Numbered from the stretch's first letter, positions 49,298 through 59,145 are shown. The stretch: DNA of 64,000 nt from Patescibacteria group bacterium (GCA_028699085.1 JAQVVF010000003.1:25721-89720); one strand, 5' to 3'. Made by a program: numbers and translations. Notes: a model not told the origin generated them from the letters alone.

Positions 49298-50731
49298 TCA
49301 TTTGACATTTTTAATTTGTAATTTCTTGAGCTCTTCTTTCGCTACCTTTCGATCATCCCATTCTATTCCTTTTCCAGATCCAACAGGTCCAGTCATTATC
49401 ATTTGCTCACAACCTTTGCCAGTTATCAAAATCACATCATTTGCATGTGCTTTTTTTATTGCCAAAGCAATTGCCTCTCGTCTATTTAAAATCTTAAACA
49501 AATTCTCATCCAATCGTTTTGGCAAAGCATTAGAGATTCTATTAGATTTATTAGAGATAGTATTCGAGAAATCAATAGCACCCTGCGCCACATCATCAAT
49601 AATTTTCTGCGGGTCATCATCGTAAGGATCTTCATTAGTCACAATAACGATATCAGCAAATTTTGCTGCTAAAGCTCCTAATTTTGGCCGTCTCGCCACA
49701 TCTCTTCCTCCTCCTGTCGATCCAAGCACTGAAATTAGCTTGCCTATTTTATTTTTATCTTCCGCTTCTTCAAATTTCCGATTTTCTGACGTTCCGATTA
49801 TCTGACGCACTGTTTTATAAACATTCTCGAGAGCTACTGGCTCAAAAGCATAATCAACAATTACTTTAAAATTCTGCCCTTCTTCTATAAATTCCATTTT
49901 ACCCAAATGCAATTTTACAGTTTTCAAAATCTCAGCCGATTTTTTTAAATCGATTCCATATAGAAAAGCAACAGCGATTGCAGACAACGCATTATACACG
50001 TTATACTCGCCAAGCATATTCAAAGTAAAATCAACATTTTTTTCAACATTAGTCATTTGACATTGGTCATTCATTTGGCATTTGTAATTTGTAATTTGAA
50101 ATTTAACCTGCAATCCTTCAGTTTTAATATCGATTGCGTGCAAATTACAGTTTCCATTTTTAATTCCAAAAGTTAATTTTTCTCTAACTAAAAAATCTAA
50201 AAACTCTGGCGCATATTTGCTATCAGCATTTGCAACGATTTTATTTTTTACAACTCTGAAAAATTTTAGCTTTGCTTTTTTATAATTTTCAAAACCACCA
50301 TGCGCCTCAACATGTTCAAAAAATAAATTCGTAAACACCCCACAATCAAAATCAATTCCTTTATGGCGATATTGTTCAATTCCTTGTGACGTTACTTCAA
50401 TTACGCAAAAATTACAACCTGCTTGAACAGCCTTTTTCAAAAATTTTTGTGTTTTAAACCTTCCTAACATTGTCTGTTTGTATTTGCTAATCCACCCATC
50501 TTCTTTAATCGCAAAATTTGATGTCGACATCATTGCGCAATTTTTTCCAGATTTTTGCAAAATTTGATAAATCAAATTACAAGTTGTTGTTTTTCCAGTC
50601 GTACCAGTCACGCCAATTACAGTCAGCTTTTTAGATGGATGTCCGTACAAAAAAGCAGCCAGTTCAGCCAATATAAAGTGGTAAAGCCTTAAAATCGGTT
50701 TTGGTATAATTTTTCGTAAAATATTCATCAT
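49298..50731 (-). CDS. murE: Mur ligase, MurE-type
   Basis: GVTGTTGKTTT, EVTSQG, FTNL..EH, GGGRD..RRP, TGKG. Confidence 0.9.
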   Translation of the reverse strand: MMNILRKIIPKPILRLYHFILAELAAFLYGHPSKKLTVIGVTGTTGKTTTCNLIYQILQKSGKNCAMMSTSNFAIKEDGWISKYKQTMLGRFKTQKFLKKAVQAGCNFCVIEVTSQGIEQYRHKGIDFDCGVFTNLFFEHVEAHGGFENYKKAKLKFFRVVKNKIVANADSKYAPEFLDFLVREKLTFGIKNGNCNLHAIDIKTEGLQVKFQITNYKCQMNDQCQMTNVEKNVDFTLNMLGEYNVYNALSAIAVAFLYGIDLKKSAEILKTVKLHLGKMEFIEEGQNFKVIVDYAFEPVALENVYKTVRQIIGTSENRKFEEAEDKNKIGKLISVLGSTGGGRDVARRPKLGALAAKFADIVIVTNEDPYDDDPQKIIDDVAQGAIDFSNTISNKSNRISNALPKRLDENLFKILNRREAIALAIKKAHANDVILITGKGCEQMIMTGPVGSGKGIEWDDRKVAKEELKKLQIKNVK

Positions 50732-50800
50732 GAATCTAAAATAACATAGAAAACATGTTTTTTCAACTTTGCCTTCAATGATATAAACAAAAATTAATCC

Positions 50801-50835
50801 AAAAAAATACGGCTAGACAAAATCTAGCCGTATTT
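50801..50835 (-). terminator. Intrinsic terminator
   Basis: AAATACGGCTAGA..TCTAGCCGTATTT followed by T-tract. Confidence 0.85.
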
Positions 50836-50874
50836 GTAATATTTGTGGCCTTAAGGCATTCGTGAGATTCGCAA

Positions 50875-52857
50875 TTACTTCACGCCAATCGTAAACAAAG
50901 TATCTTTCTGTTTAAAATATCTAATATCAGTCGCAAAAGTATTCTTCTTGGTATTTTGTTTCGTATTAGTAATCAACTTTAACCTATTAGCATTATACCA
51001 AGTTTTTGTGCCTTTGTCATAAAATTTCAACCACAACTTTTTCTCTGCCTGTTTTTTAGTTAGCTTCTTCAAATCAGAATTTTTTAATCTTAATCTGTTT
51101 GATAATTTTTGAGTGTAATAGAATTTTACTTTGACTCTGAACATCTTTTTTTGATATTTTTCTACTTTGTTTTTGTATGACTTCGATGTTTCATCGCTAC
51201 AAGCTGGATTATAATAGCAAGTTACATAATTGCTTTCTGCCTTTATTAATTTGCTTCTCGATTTTTTATGATAGCTATATAAATTCGTTTTAATTTTCCA
51301 ATATCTTTTTATTGCTTGCTTTTTTACATTTGCATAGTTTTTTGCATATTTTTTGTATCTGTATGTTTGCATCCAATAATTCTCTGAATTATTAGGCAGT
51401 TTTTTCCAGATATATGATAAATCATAGTTAACTACCTCAACATCTTCCTGCGGAATTACTTTGTCTGATGAATTATCATCAGTTGAAGTTAAAGTAGTTG
51501 ACGATACATTTCCAGCCCAATCTGAGACTCTGAAATATACAGTTTTAACTGTTGAGCCTGAAGCATTATGAATACCAGTCAAAGTTGCTGAAGTCAATGC
51601 TGTTCCTGCTGTCAAAGGATCGCAAGTATTGCTTTCATCAATACAATAATATTTAGCTCCACCCATTTTTGCATAATCAGATGCTGACAGGTTGTAGCTG
51701 AATTGATCGCCTGATTTGCCAGTTAATGCGACTGTTGCTGTTGGAACAACGCTATCAAGTAAAACGAAATTAGTATTCTGGCTAGCAGTATTGTAATAAG
51801 CAATAAAATCGTTATTATTGCCATGAGCAATTGAATTCAGAGTTGAATTCTCCATTCCGACTATTGAAGAAATAATTCCTGAAGCGCTATTATATGCATA
51901 ACCTAAATAATTATTGCCAAAATAATAGTGTGAAAGATGTTCATAATTTTGGCTATCCAAGGCAATTGATGGAGAAAAACCAGGATATCCTCCAGTAGAT
52001 GATACATAGGCAGAAGATGTAAACCCTGAAAGATTACCACTTGCTACTTGCAAAGAAGAACTACTAACATCAACATATGTGTATGCAATCTTAACAACAT
52101 CATCACTTCCTACTGAAATTGAATTTCCGTAATAATTTCCCCCTGCAGCTGTAACAATACCAGACAATGTGCCATTTGCATAATTTACAGCATATTTTGT
52201 AGATAAATTAGTTCTGTCAGAATAAGAAACATGAATATTATCCTGCAAATCAACAGCTGATGATATATCATAAATATTACCTGCCAAAAGTGTTCCAACA
52301 ACCCAATTAGAACCAGTCCAATGAGCATATTTCAATCGATTATCAGTATCGCCTGCATGATACTGATAATAAATATGTGGAGTACCATCAGATCTCAATA
52401 CCATTGAAGTCTGCAAACCAGTATCTCCAGTTGTATCAATTGCCTCCTGCCCAGCCCACAAATCATTACTCTTTTTCACATATCTTAAATCACCATTATA
52501 ATAATAACTAATATGAACATCATCGTTGCTCTTATTAATAGCGATTGAACAATATTTACCATATCCAGAACCAATTTCTTTAAATAAAGAATCAGTTGCC
52601 CAAAAACTTCCATTCCAATAGATATGGCGCAAACCAGAAATAGTAGTACCACCAACTTCTTCATAATAAGCACAAATATGCGGATAATCATTACTATCAA
52701 GTGTTATAGAACGATCTCCTTTATAATTTCCCCCATAACTCATAATATTTCTAAAAAATACTTTTCCGCTTTCATTTGTTTGCGTATAAGCTTGCGCAAA
52801 TTGAAAACACAATAAACTAAAAAATACGACTAAAAAACTTGTTAATGCTTTCTTCAT
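50875..52857 (-). CDS. Secreted beta-propeller/Ig-like protein with Lys-rich C-terminal domain
   Basis: Signal peptide ..FAQA; repeats SIAxDxxdxxHIsYY; VYFRVSDWAGNVS; basic C-terminal domain. Confidence 0.88.
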   Translation of the reverse strand: MKKALTSFLVVFFSLLCFQFAQAYTQTNESGKVFFRNIMSYGGNYKGDRSITLDSNDYPHICAYYEEVGGTTISGLRHIYWNGSFWATDSLFKEIGSGYGKYCSIAINKSNDDVHISYYYNGDLRYVKKSNDLWAGQEAIDTTGDTGLQTSMVLRSDGTPHIYYQYHAGDTDNRLKYAHWTGSNWVVGTLLAGNIYDISSAVDLQDNIHVSYSDRTNLSTKYAVNYANGTLSGIVTAAGGNYYGNSISVGSDDVVKIAYTYVDVSSSSLQVASGNLSGFTSSAYVSSTGGYPGFSPSIALDSQNYEHLSHYYFGNNYLGYAYNSASGIISSIVGMENSTLNSIAHGNNNDFIAYYNTASQNTNFVLLDSVVPTATVALTGKSGDQFSYNLSASDYAKMGGAKYYCIDESNTCDPLTAGTALTSATLTGIHNASGSTVKTVYFRVSDWAGNVSSTTLTSTDDNSSDKVIPQEDVEVVNYDLSYIWKKLPNNSENYWMQTYRYKKYAKNYANVKKQAIKRYWKIKTNLYSYHKKSRSKLIKAESNYVTCYYNPACSDETSKSYKNKVEKYQKKMFRVKVKFYYTQKLSNRLRLKNSDLKKLTKKQAEKKLWLKFYDKGTKTWYNANRLKLITNTKQNTKKNTFATDIRYFKQKDTLFTIGVK

Positions 52858-52921
52858 TTTTTTATTTTATTTTTTATTAAAAATTTTATTAAATATATTA
52901 TAACACAAAATAATTTCAAAT

Positions 52922-54076
52922 CTAATTGATCTTTGCTACAACATTATAAAAAATCTGATACGCAATTCCTCCGCCAAAAATAATATACAAAATATAAATT
53001 AAAAATTTTGGTATTTTCAATGAATAAGCGGGCTTTAATTGTCCTTTTTTCTTTGCTTTCAAAAACATTCTCAAGATCATAATGCCTTGTAAACCGCCAG
53101 TCACTGTCCCTACTATCTCAATGACTGAAATAAAACTTCTTGCTCCCAAAAGAAAGATAATCAATGGTACAGAAACAACAATCAACCAAGAAACAAAATT
53201 ATTTATCTTATAATCAAATTTAAACATGTCCTTTAAAGACAATCCTAAACTAAAAAAAGAAGTTGCCACAGTCAAAACACCCAAAACCGCACCCATTATT
53301 ACCACTTTTCTACCCAATATTTTGCTGACACCTACGATTGCTTCTTCACTTGTTTGACCACCAGAAATTCCAACAATTGTTAAAGTAAAAAACAAATAAA
53401 CAATCAGAGAAATCAACATACCGCCAATAATTGCCATCTTTAATCTTTTCCTATTTTTTACCAATAGATCTGCCATTCTTGGTACGATAGAAGCACCTTC
53501 AAAAGAAAACAAAATTACTCCATATGGCAAAAACAAAAATGACCAAGAAAAACCACCTAAATTAGTATAATTAATTTCTTTAGCTCCTACAATAAATATC
53601 AATCCTACTATTATCAACAATAAAACAACAGAAATGTTTTCCAATTTTTTAATAACCTTCAAACCAAAAAGAATTGCAAAACTCGCCAATAAATAAAAAA
53701 TAACAGAATATATAAACGAAGTACCTCCAAAGTATTGTTTTAAGATAATTGACAAAAAATTACCTATCCCAATTGTATACGCCAAAAGAGCTCCAAAAAC
53801 TCCAAATATCATCGAAAAGGAAATTACTCTCTCTCCCCATTTGCCAGCATATCTCTTTGCATATCCAACCATTTGATGTCTCCCTTTTGTTCTTAACACA
53901 ATCTCACCAAAAGCTAGAGTCACAATACAAACCATCAAACCTAAAAATATCAAATATATAATGCCAATTAAAAAACCAACCTTCGAAACTACATAAGGAA
54001 TACCAAACATACCAGCTCCGATAATCGTTCCGACAAGTATCGCTACAGCACTAAAAAAATTACCTTGTATTTTCAT
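52922..54076 (-). CDS. Aromatic amino acid permease (HAAAP/TyrP-like)
   Basis: GTIIGAGMFGIP, ~11 TMs. Confidence 0.9.
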   Translation of the reverse strand: MKIQGNFFSAVAILVGTIIGAGMFGIPYVVSKVGFLIGIIYLIFLGLMVCIVTLAFGEIVLRTKGRHQMVGYAKRYAGKWGERVISFSMIFGVFGALLAYTIGIGNFLSIILKQYFGGTSFIYSVIFYLLASFAILFGLKVIKKLENISVVLLLIIVGLIFIVGAKEINYTNLGGFSWSFLFLPYGVILFSFEGASIVPRMADLLVKNRKRLKMAIIGGMLISLIVYLFFTLTIVGISGGQTSEEAIVGVSKILGRKVVIMGAVLGVLTVATSFFSLGLSLKDMFKFDYKINNFVSWLIVVSVPLIIFLLGARSFISVIEIVGTVTGGLQGIMILRMFLKAKKKGQLKPAYSLKIPKFLIYILYIIFGGGIAYQIFYNVVAKIN

Positions 54077-54093
54077 CTAATTTAATAAACACA

Positions 54094-55026
54094 TTATAAT
54101 TTTCGAAAAAAAATTTCTGTCGCAACGAAAACAAAATAAAACAATAACAAAAAAAATGCTTCTCTCTTCGTTAATATTCTTTCTGTCTTCATAAAAATAA
54201 ACAACAATATCATTGCAAACAACATAAAAAATCCAGTCACAAATATTAATCTAGCATCAAAGCTAAAAGGCATAATAACAACAGTTATTCCTAATACTAT
54301 TGTCGCATCAGTTATAACGGTTCCCAATATATCTCCCAAAGCCAATCCTTCTGCTTTGTTTCGCACTGCTTTAATCGAAAAAAATAATTCTGGCAAAGTA
54401 GTTCCTAAAGCTACAAAAAACATTCCAATAATTATTGGATTAATTTTAAAACCATTTGCTAACAATATCCCAAATTTCACTGTAAAATTTGAAGCAACTA
54501 ACAAAAATAATAAACTTATAATTAAAAAAAATAAGTTCTTATACGAAAAATTATAGCTTACTTTTTTATTTTTTTTCGTGCTCTTTTTAAAAATTAAAAT
54601 ATAAAATAACAATCCAGACAAAATCAACAATACTCCCTCCCAGCGAGCATAATATCCATTTAAACCAAAAAACAAAGGAATTAATATTATAAAAATATAT
54701 TTAAGATTATCTTTCAAAATTTTACTTTCTACCTTCACGCCTTTTTTCGAAAAGAAAACTACTATAGCAATTATTAAAGACAAATCCGCAACATTCGATC
54801 CAAACAAGGTACCTAAACCAAAAGCAGGTATGCCTTGTATAGCAGAAGAAACAGAAACCAATAATTCCGGCAATACAGATACTGCTGCCACTACTAAAAA
54901 ACCCAAAATATATTTTGAAAATCTAAAACTGCTAGCAACATTAGAAGAATACTTTATTGCCATATCAGCACTCTTAATTACCACAAACAATGAAAATAAA
55001 AAAACTAATCCATAGGTTATCACCAT
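54094..55026 (-). CDS. Ca2+/Na+ antiporter (CaCA, YrbG-like)
   Basis: Alpha repeats VSVLPEL/GSNVAD and GTTLPEL/GDILGT. Confidence 0.92.
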   Translation of the reverse strand: MVITYGLVFLFSLFVVIKSADMAIKYSSNVASSFRFSKYILGFLVVAAVSVLPELLVSVSSAIQGIPAFGLGTLFGSNVADLSLIIAIVVFFSKKGVKVESKILKDNLKYIFIILIPLFFGLNGYYARWEGVLLILSGLLFYILIFKKSTKKNKKVSYNFSYKNLFFLIISLLFLLVASNFTVKFGILLANGFKINPIIIGMFFVALGTTLPELFFSIKAVRNKAEGLALGDILGTVITDATIVLGITVVIMPFSFDARLIFVTGFFMLFAMILLFIFMKTERILTKREAFFLLLFYFVFVATEIFFRKL

Positions 55027-55051
55027 AAAAATGACTTAAATAATAACTTAT

Positions 55052-55291
55052 CTATTTCCAAAATTCCCACCACTTTTTTTGTGTCTGTTCCTCTTTTTTA
55101 AATTCCTTCTCTCTCATCTTTTCTGCGATATCTTCCTGCTCATCAGGTCGTAAATTCAATTTATTTTCTCCATTCATTTCTTTGCGTTGTTTATCAATCG
55201 TTTTTTCTTGCATTCTGTTTGCAAAACCAGATTCTCGCGCATTTTCTCGCGTTTTTTCCACTCGATCAAAAGGATTTTGTTGGTCTACCAT
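55052..55291 (-). CDS. Small charged protein ending KKWWEFWK
   Basis: 79 aa, tightly packed in the operon. Confidence 0.75.
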   Translation of the reverse strand: MVDQQNPFDRVEKTRENARESGFANRMQEKTIDKQRKEMNGENKLNLRPDEQEDIAEKMREKEFKKEEQTQKKWWEFWK

Positions 55292-55309
55292 AAAATTAAA
55301 ATTATTTTT

Positions 55310-57112
55310 TTAAACTGCACTAATTGCAAACATATTATTTTTCCAATCAAAATTTTCAATCCAAATTCTAAATTTCTTTTCCTTTCTTAAATATACTGCT
55401 GGCATTGTCTGCCAAGACCTACTATTATAATTATAAAATTTTAATTTCAAATCTTTTTTCTTCAATCCATGCAATAATTTATTTCTAAACTTAAAAACCA
55501 TTTTAATTTTAAATTTTCTATCACTTTTTATTTTGTTTAAATTTGATTCTATTCGCCAATAGCCCTTTAATGTTTTAGACTTTTCTAAACCACTCGGTTT
55601 TTTTGCAATTCTCGTTATTTTAAACCAATAATCAGTTGGCTTGCTAGGTAATTTTTTGAATTTAAAATCCAATAATTTTCCTTGTAAATTAAGATTTTTT
55701 AATCCTTTTCTTAAATCAAATTTTTTATCATTATAAATGATATTATAATTTTCCGTTCTGACAATTTCCTGATTTCCCAAATTATCAATTGAAAAGAACT
55801 TCAATACTTTATCATTAAAAATTCGAAACGGACTTGAATATTTTGTTGAACTAATAGTTGGAGTTGAACCATCAAGAGTATAATAAATCCCAGAAATTCC
55901 ATCACTATCAGTTGCAGTTAAAACAATCTTTTTATATTTTTTATAATCTCCTCCAGCAGGTGTTGCTATGGTTCTTGGTTCAAGAAAATTTTCTGAAATT
56001 TTATCCCACAATTCAGTATATGTCCCATCATATCCCAAGGCCCAAATCCCAATGCCTAACAAGTTATTATCATTCACTAAATCATACTTGTATTGCAAAC
56101 TTTCGGCATCTTCATACCAAGTCTGCTGAAAACTGCCATATTTATAATACGGCGTTTTCGAATCATTGTCCCAAATTCTCGAATAGTTTAATAATGCTAA
56201 CCTATTTTCAGCATAAGTTTTTGCCTCACCATCAGCAGTTGTATTTGCTGGAATAATATCCGCTGTAACTGGCCAATCATAGCCATAATATGGCACTCCT
56301 AAAATTAATTTTTGTCGATTAGTATTTGTTAAATTAAAATAAGTATCCAAAGTACTTTTCACATTATAATTGCCCCAAGTGCTACTATCATCATATGGCG
56401 AAATCGGCCCAGCTTCTGGACCTGTTTGCCAATGATAATCATAAGCCATGATCATTAATCCATCTGAATTTTGTGCCAAGGAATTTTCATCAAAAGAATT
56501 TGACCAATCAACTGCTGGCACATCAATTGCAATATGATAAGAAGAATTGGAAGCTTTAAAAGCATTATTTAAATCAGTAATAAAAGTAGTCAAATTTTCT
56601 TTCATCGAAGAATCAACATTTTCAAAATCAATATTTACTCCATCAGCAGATGTGTTTTTAACTTCATTCAATAAATTATTAATTAAATTATTTCTGTTTG
56701 TCGCGCTTGATAATAAAGTTGAAAGATCTGATGCATTAAAATTTTGTGCTGTTAAAACTACCTTAACGCCATTTTGATGAGCCAAATCCAACAACGTATT
56801 ATTCGGCCAACCATGTTTATCACCTAGACTTCCATTGCCATTAACTTCAATCGAAAAATAAGCAACATGAGTCAATAAATCCCATTGAAAATTAGTATAC
56901 GCATCTCCCATCCAATATGGATAAAAACCATAAACAACCTTAGATACGCTTGGCGTTGAACTTATGCTTCCATGGCTAACAATTCCAACATTATCTTGCA
57001 CTTTGTAGTCTCTATTTTTTTCCAATTCGATTTGATGGATACTTTTTCCGAAAACAAAATTTCCAGAAAACAGAAATGAACAAACAATTAATAGATAAAA
57101 TATTTTTTTCAT
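55310..57112 (-). CDS. Secreted GH18 glycoside hydrolase + CHB_HEX_C/Fn3-like domain + Lys-rich C-terminal domain
   Basis: DGVNIDFE (DxxDxDxE variant), MAYDYH, LGVPYYGYDW, GIGIWALG; YYTLDGSTPT. Confidence 0.92.
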   Translation of the reverse strand: MKKIFYLLIVCSFLFSGNFVFGKSIHQIELEKNRDYKVQDNVGIVSHGSISSTPSVSKVVYGFYPYWMGDAYTNFQWDLLTHVAYFSIEVNGNGSLGDKHGWPNNTLLDLAHQNGVKVVLTAQNFNASDLSTLLSSATNRNNLINNLLNEVKNTSADGVNIDFENVDSSMKENLTTFITDLNNAFKASNSSYHIAIDVPAVDWSNSFDENSLAQNSDGLMIMAYDYHWQTGPEAGPISPYDDSSTWGNYNVKSTLDTYFNLTNTNRQKLILGVPYYGYDWPVTADIIPANTTADGEAKTYAENRLALLNYSRIWDNDSKTPYYKYGSFQQTWYEDAESLQYKYDLVNDNNLLGIGIWALGYDGTYTELWDKISENFLEPRTIATPAGGDYKKYKKIVLTATDSDGISGIYYTLDGSTPTISSTKYSSPFRIFNDKVLKFFSIDNLGNQEIVRTENYNIIYNDKKFDLRKGLKNLNLQGKLLDFKFKKLPSKPTDYWFKITRIAKKPSGLEKSKTLKGYWRIESNLNKIKSDRKFKIKMVFKFRNKLLHGLKKKDLKLKFYNYNSRSWQTMPAVYLRKEKKFRIWIENFDWKNNMFAISAV

Positions 57113-57122
57113 TATATATATT

Positions 57123-59090
57123 TTATTTTTCCGCTATCACAAACCAATTTTTCATCTTCGAAAACAATCTAATATCTGATACTAATAGATTCTTATTTTT
57201 TTTCAAAATCGTTTTATCTTTCTTTTTCCAATAATTAACATAGCTTTCTTGTTTTGAATATAAGACTAAATTCTTTTCTTTTATTCCAGCTTTTTTAATT
57301 TTCTTGCTTTTGTATGGAAAATAAATTTTTACTCGATATTTTCCTGCTGTTTTTTTGTACAAATTTGTCCTCAATTTCCAAAAATATTTTAATGATTTTT
57401 CATTCTTTAAAAAATTAGGCTTTTTTTTCACTTTATCAATTTGCATCCACATCTTTGTTGGATTGTCTGGCAAATCTAAAAATTTTATTCCAATGCCAGT
57501 TCTGCTCGAAACATATTTTGTTCCCAAAGAATCATCATTGAATCTTATATAATTATCAAAGGTTTTCACTGCAATTTTAGAAAATAATCCTACACTTGCT
57601 TCCGGCTCAATTTCCGTATATTTCCTTTCTCCAAAAGTTTTAACTAACCAATCACTATCAGAAGTTCCAGTTGAAAAACCAACTAATGCGAAATCATCAT
57701 TCTCATTAAAATCTATTCCAAAATACGTTTCATTATTACTTTCATTTTCCAGTAATGAATAAAGCAAATTACCATTGCTATCATATTTTCTAAGTGATAG
57801 ATCATTGCCACTTGCAACTTTAGAATCACCAACTAAAATTACTTGATTCAAGGAATTTATTGCCAAACCATACAAATAATCATTTCCTAATTCACTATCA
57901 AATAATCTATCCCATACTAAATTTCCTTCAGAATCAACTTTCCTTAACAACCAATTATTATCAGTCTCATTATAATATCCGCCTAAATAAATATTATTAT
58001 TTGAATCAACTTCTACTGCTCTAAAATAATTTGCTGTTCCTTTTTCATAACTCGTATTCCAATCTTCCACCAAATTATTAGTATATTTAATGGTATAAAA
58101 TTCTAAGCTCTCATCAGTTGCTCTATTTCCAGTAGCAATAATATTATTTTCTGAATCAACTGCTAAATCATACAAAATATCATCACCTAAAGCTGAATCG
58201 TAATCTTGATCAGTAATAATATTTCCATCTGCATCGTATTTTCTTAGATACCAATTTTTAGTTCCGCTTGTCCTATAGCCTCCAGCAATAACATTATCAT
58301 CGTTATCGACAATTACTGCATTTGCTTCATCATTTCCTCCAGAATCATAAGTCTTGCTCCACAAAATATTGCCATCACTATCGTATTTTCTAATATACCA
58401 GTCTTTATCACCAAGCGCTTCAGAATAACCAATTGCAATAATATTATCAAAACTATCAATTGCTAAATCTTTAACCTCGCCATTATCAAAATCAAAAGTT
58501 TCTGACCAAATTGATTCTCCATCTTCACTATATTTTTCTAATAACCAATCATAACCACCAGTTTCGTTTGCATAATTTCCCGCCACAACCAAATCGTTAG
58601 TTGACAAAAATTTTACGCTTTTTGCTTGATCATGACCGTTTTCACTATCATAATTTTTAACAAAAAAATTAACTGGCTCTAATTCCATAGTTTGATCAAA
58701 AGAACTAGCAGATTGCGCTTCTGAATTTCCAAAATATAGATAAATGTTTTTAATACTTTCAGCCAAAAGTTCCGGAACTTCTACCCAAATCGTTGCCAAA
58801 TTTTCTTCATAATCAAAACTTTTCAACCAAAAATCAAGCGAGGTTGAATCATTTGAATCAACGAATCTAATATCTGATCCATCACTTTTTATTCTTGACC
58901 AAAAATCAGTCTGTTCTTCATCTAAAACTATTTTTATTTGATGATTGCTTAGGTTTTCTGAATTCAAAGTATTATCCAATTCAATTGGCAAGCGATAATC
59001 ATAATCATTACTATACCAAGCCTTGGCATCTGAATTAAAAATAACAAAATAACCAAATAACAAAATTATGCCAATAAAAAATCGTTTCAT
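57123..59090 (-). CDS. Secreted DUF2341 + SBBP-like beta-propeller protein + Lys-rich C-terminal domain
   Basis: DGSDIRF..LDFW..IWVEVP..IYLYFGN; repeats AvDSxnNIiaxG..KYDSDGN. Confidence 0.88.
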   Translation of the reverse strand: MKRFFIGIILLFGYFVIFNSDAKAWYSNDYDYRLPIELDNTLNSENLSNHQIKIVLDEEQTDFWSRIKSDGSDIRFVDSNDSTSLDFWLKSFDYEENLATIWVEVPELLAESIKNIYLYFGNSEAQSASSFDQTMELEPVNFFVKNYDSENGHDQAKSVKFLSTNDLVVAGNYANETGGYDWLLEKYSEDGESIWSETFDFDNGEVKDLAIDSFDNIIAIGYSEALGDKDWYIRKYDSDGNILWSKTYDSGGNDEANAVIVDNDDNVIAGGYRTSGTKNWYLRKYDADGNIITDQDYDSALGDDILYDLAVDSENNIIATGNRATDESLEFYTIKYTNNLVEDWNTSYEKGTANYFRAVEVDSNNNIYLGGYYNETDNNWLLRKVDSEGNLVWDRLFDSELGNDYLYGLAINSLNQVILVGDSKVASGNDLSLRKYDSNGNLLYSLLENESNNETYFGIDFNENDDFALVGFSTGTSDSDWLVKTFGERKYTEIEPEASVGLFSKIAVKTFDNYIRFNDDSLGTKYVSSRTGIGIKFLDLPDNPTKMWMQIDKVKKKPNFLKNEKSLKYFWKLRTNLYKKTAGKYRVKIYFPYKSKKIKKAGIKEKNLVLYSKQESYVNYWKKKDKTILKKNKNLLVSDIRLFSKMKNWFVIAEK

Positions 59091-59145
59091 TTTAGTTTTT
59101 ATTTTAAAATACTTATTCGAAAATTAATTCTTTTTATTCGAAAAA

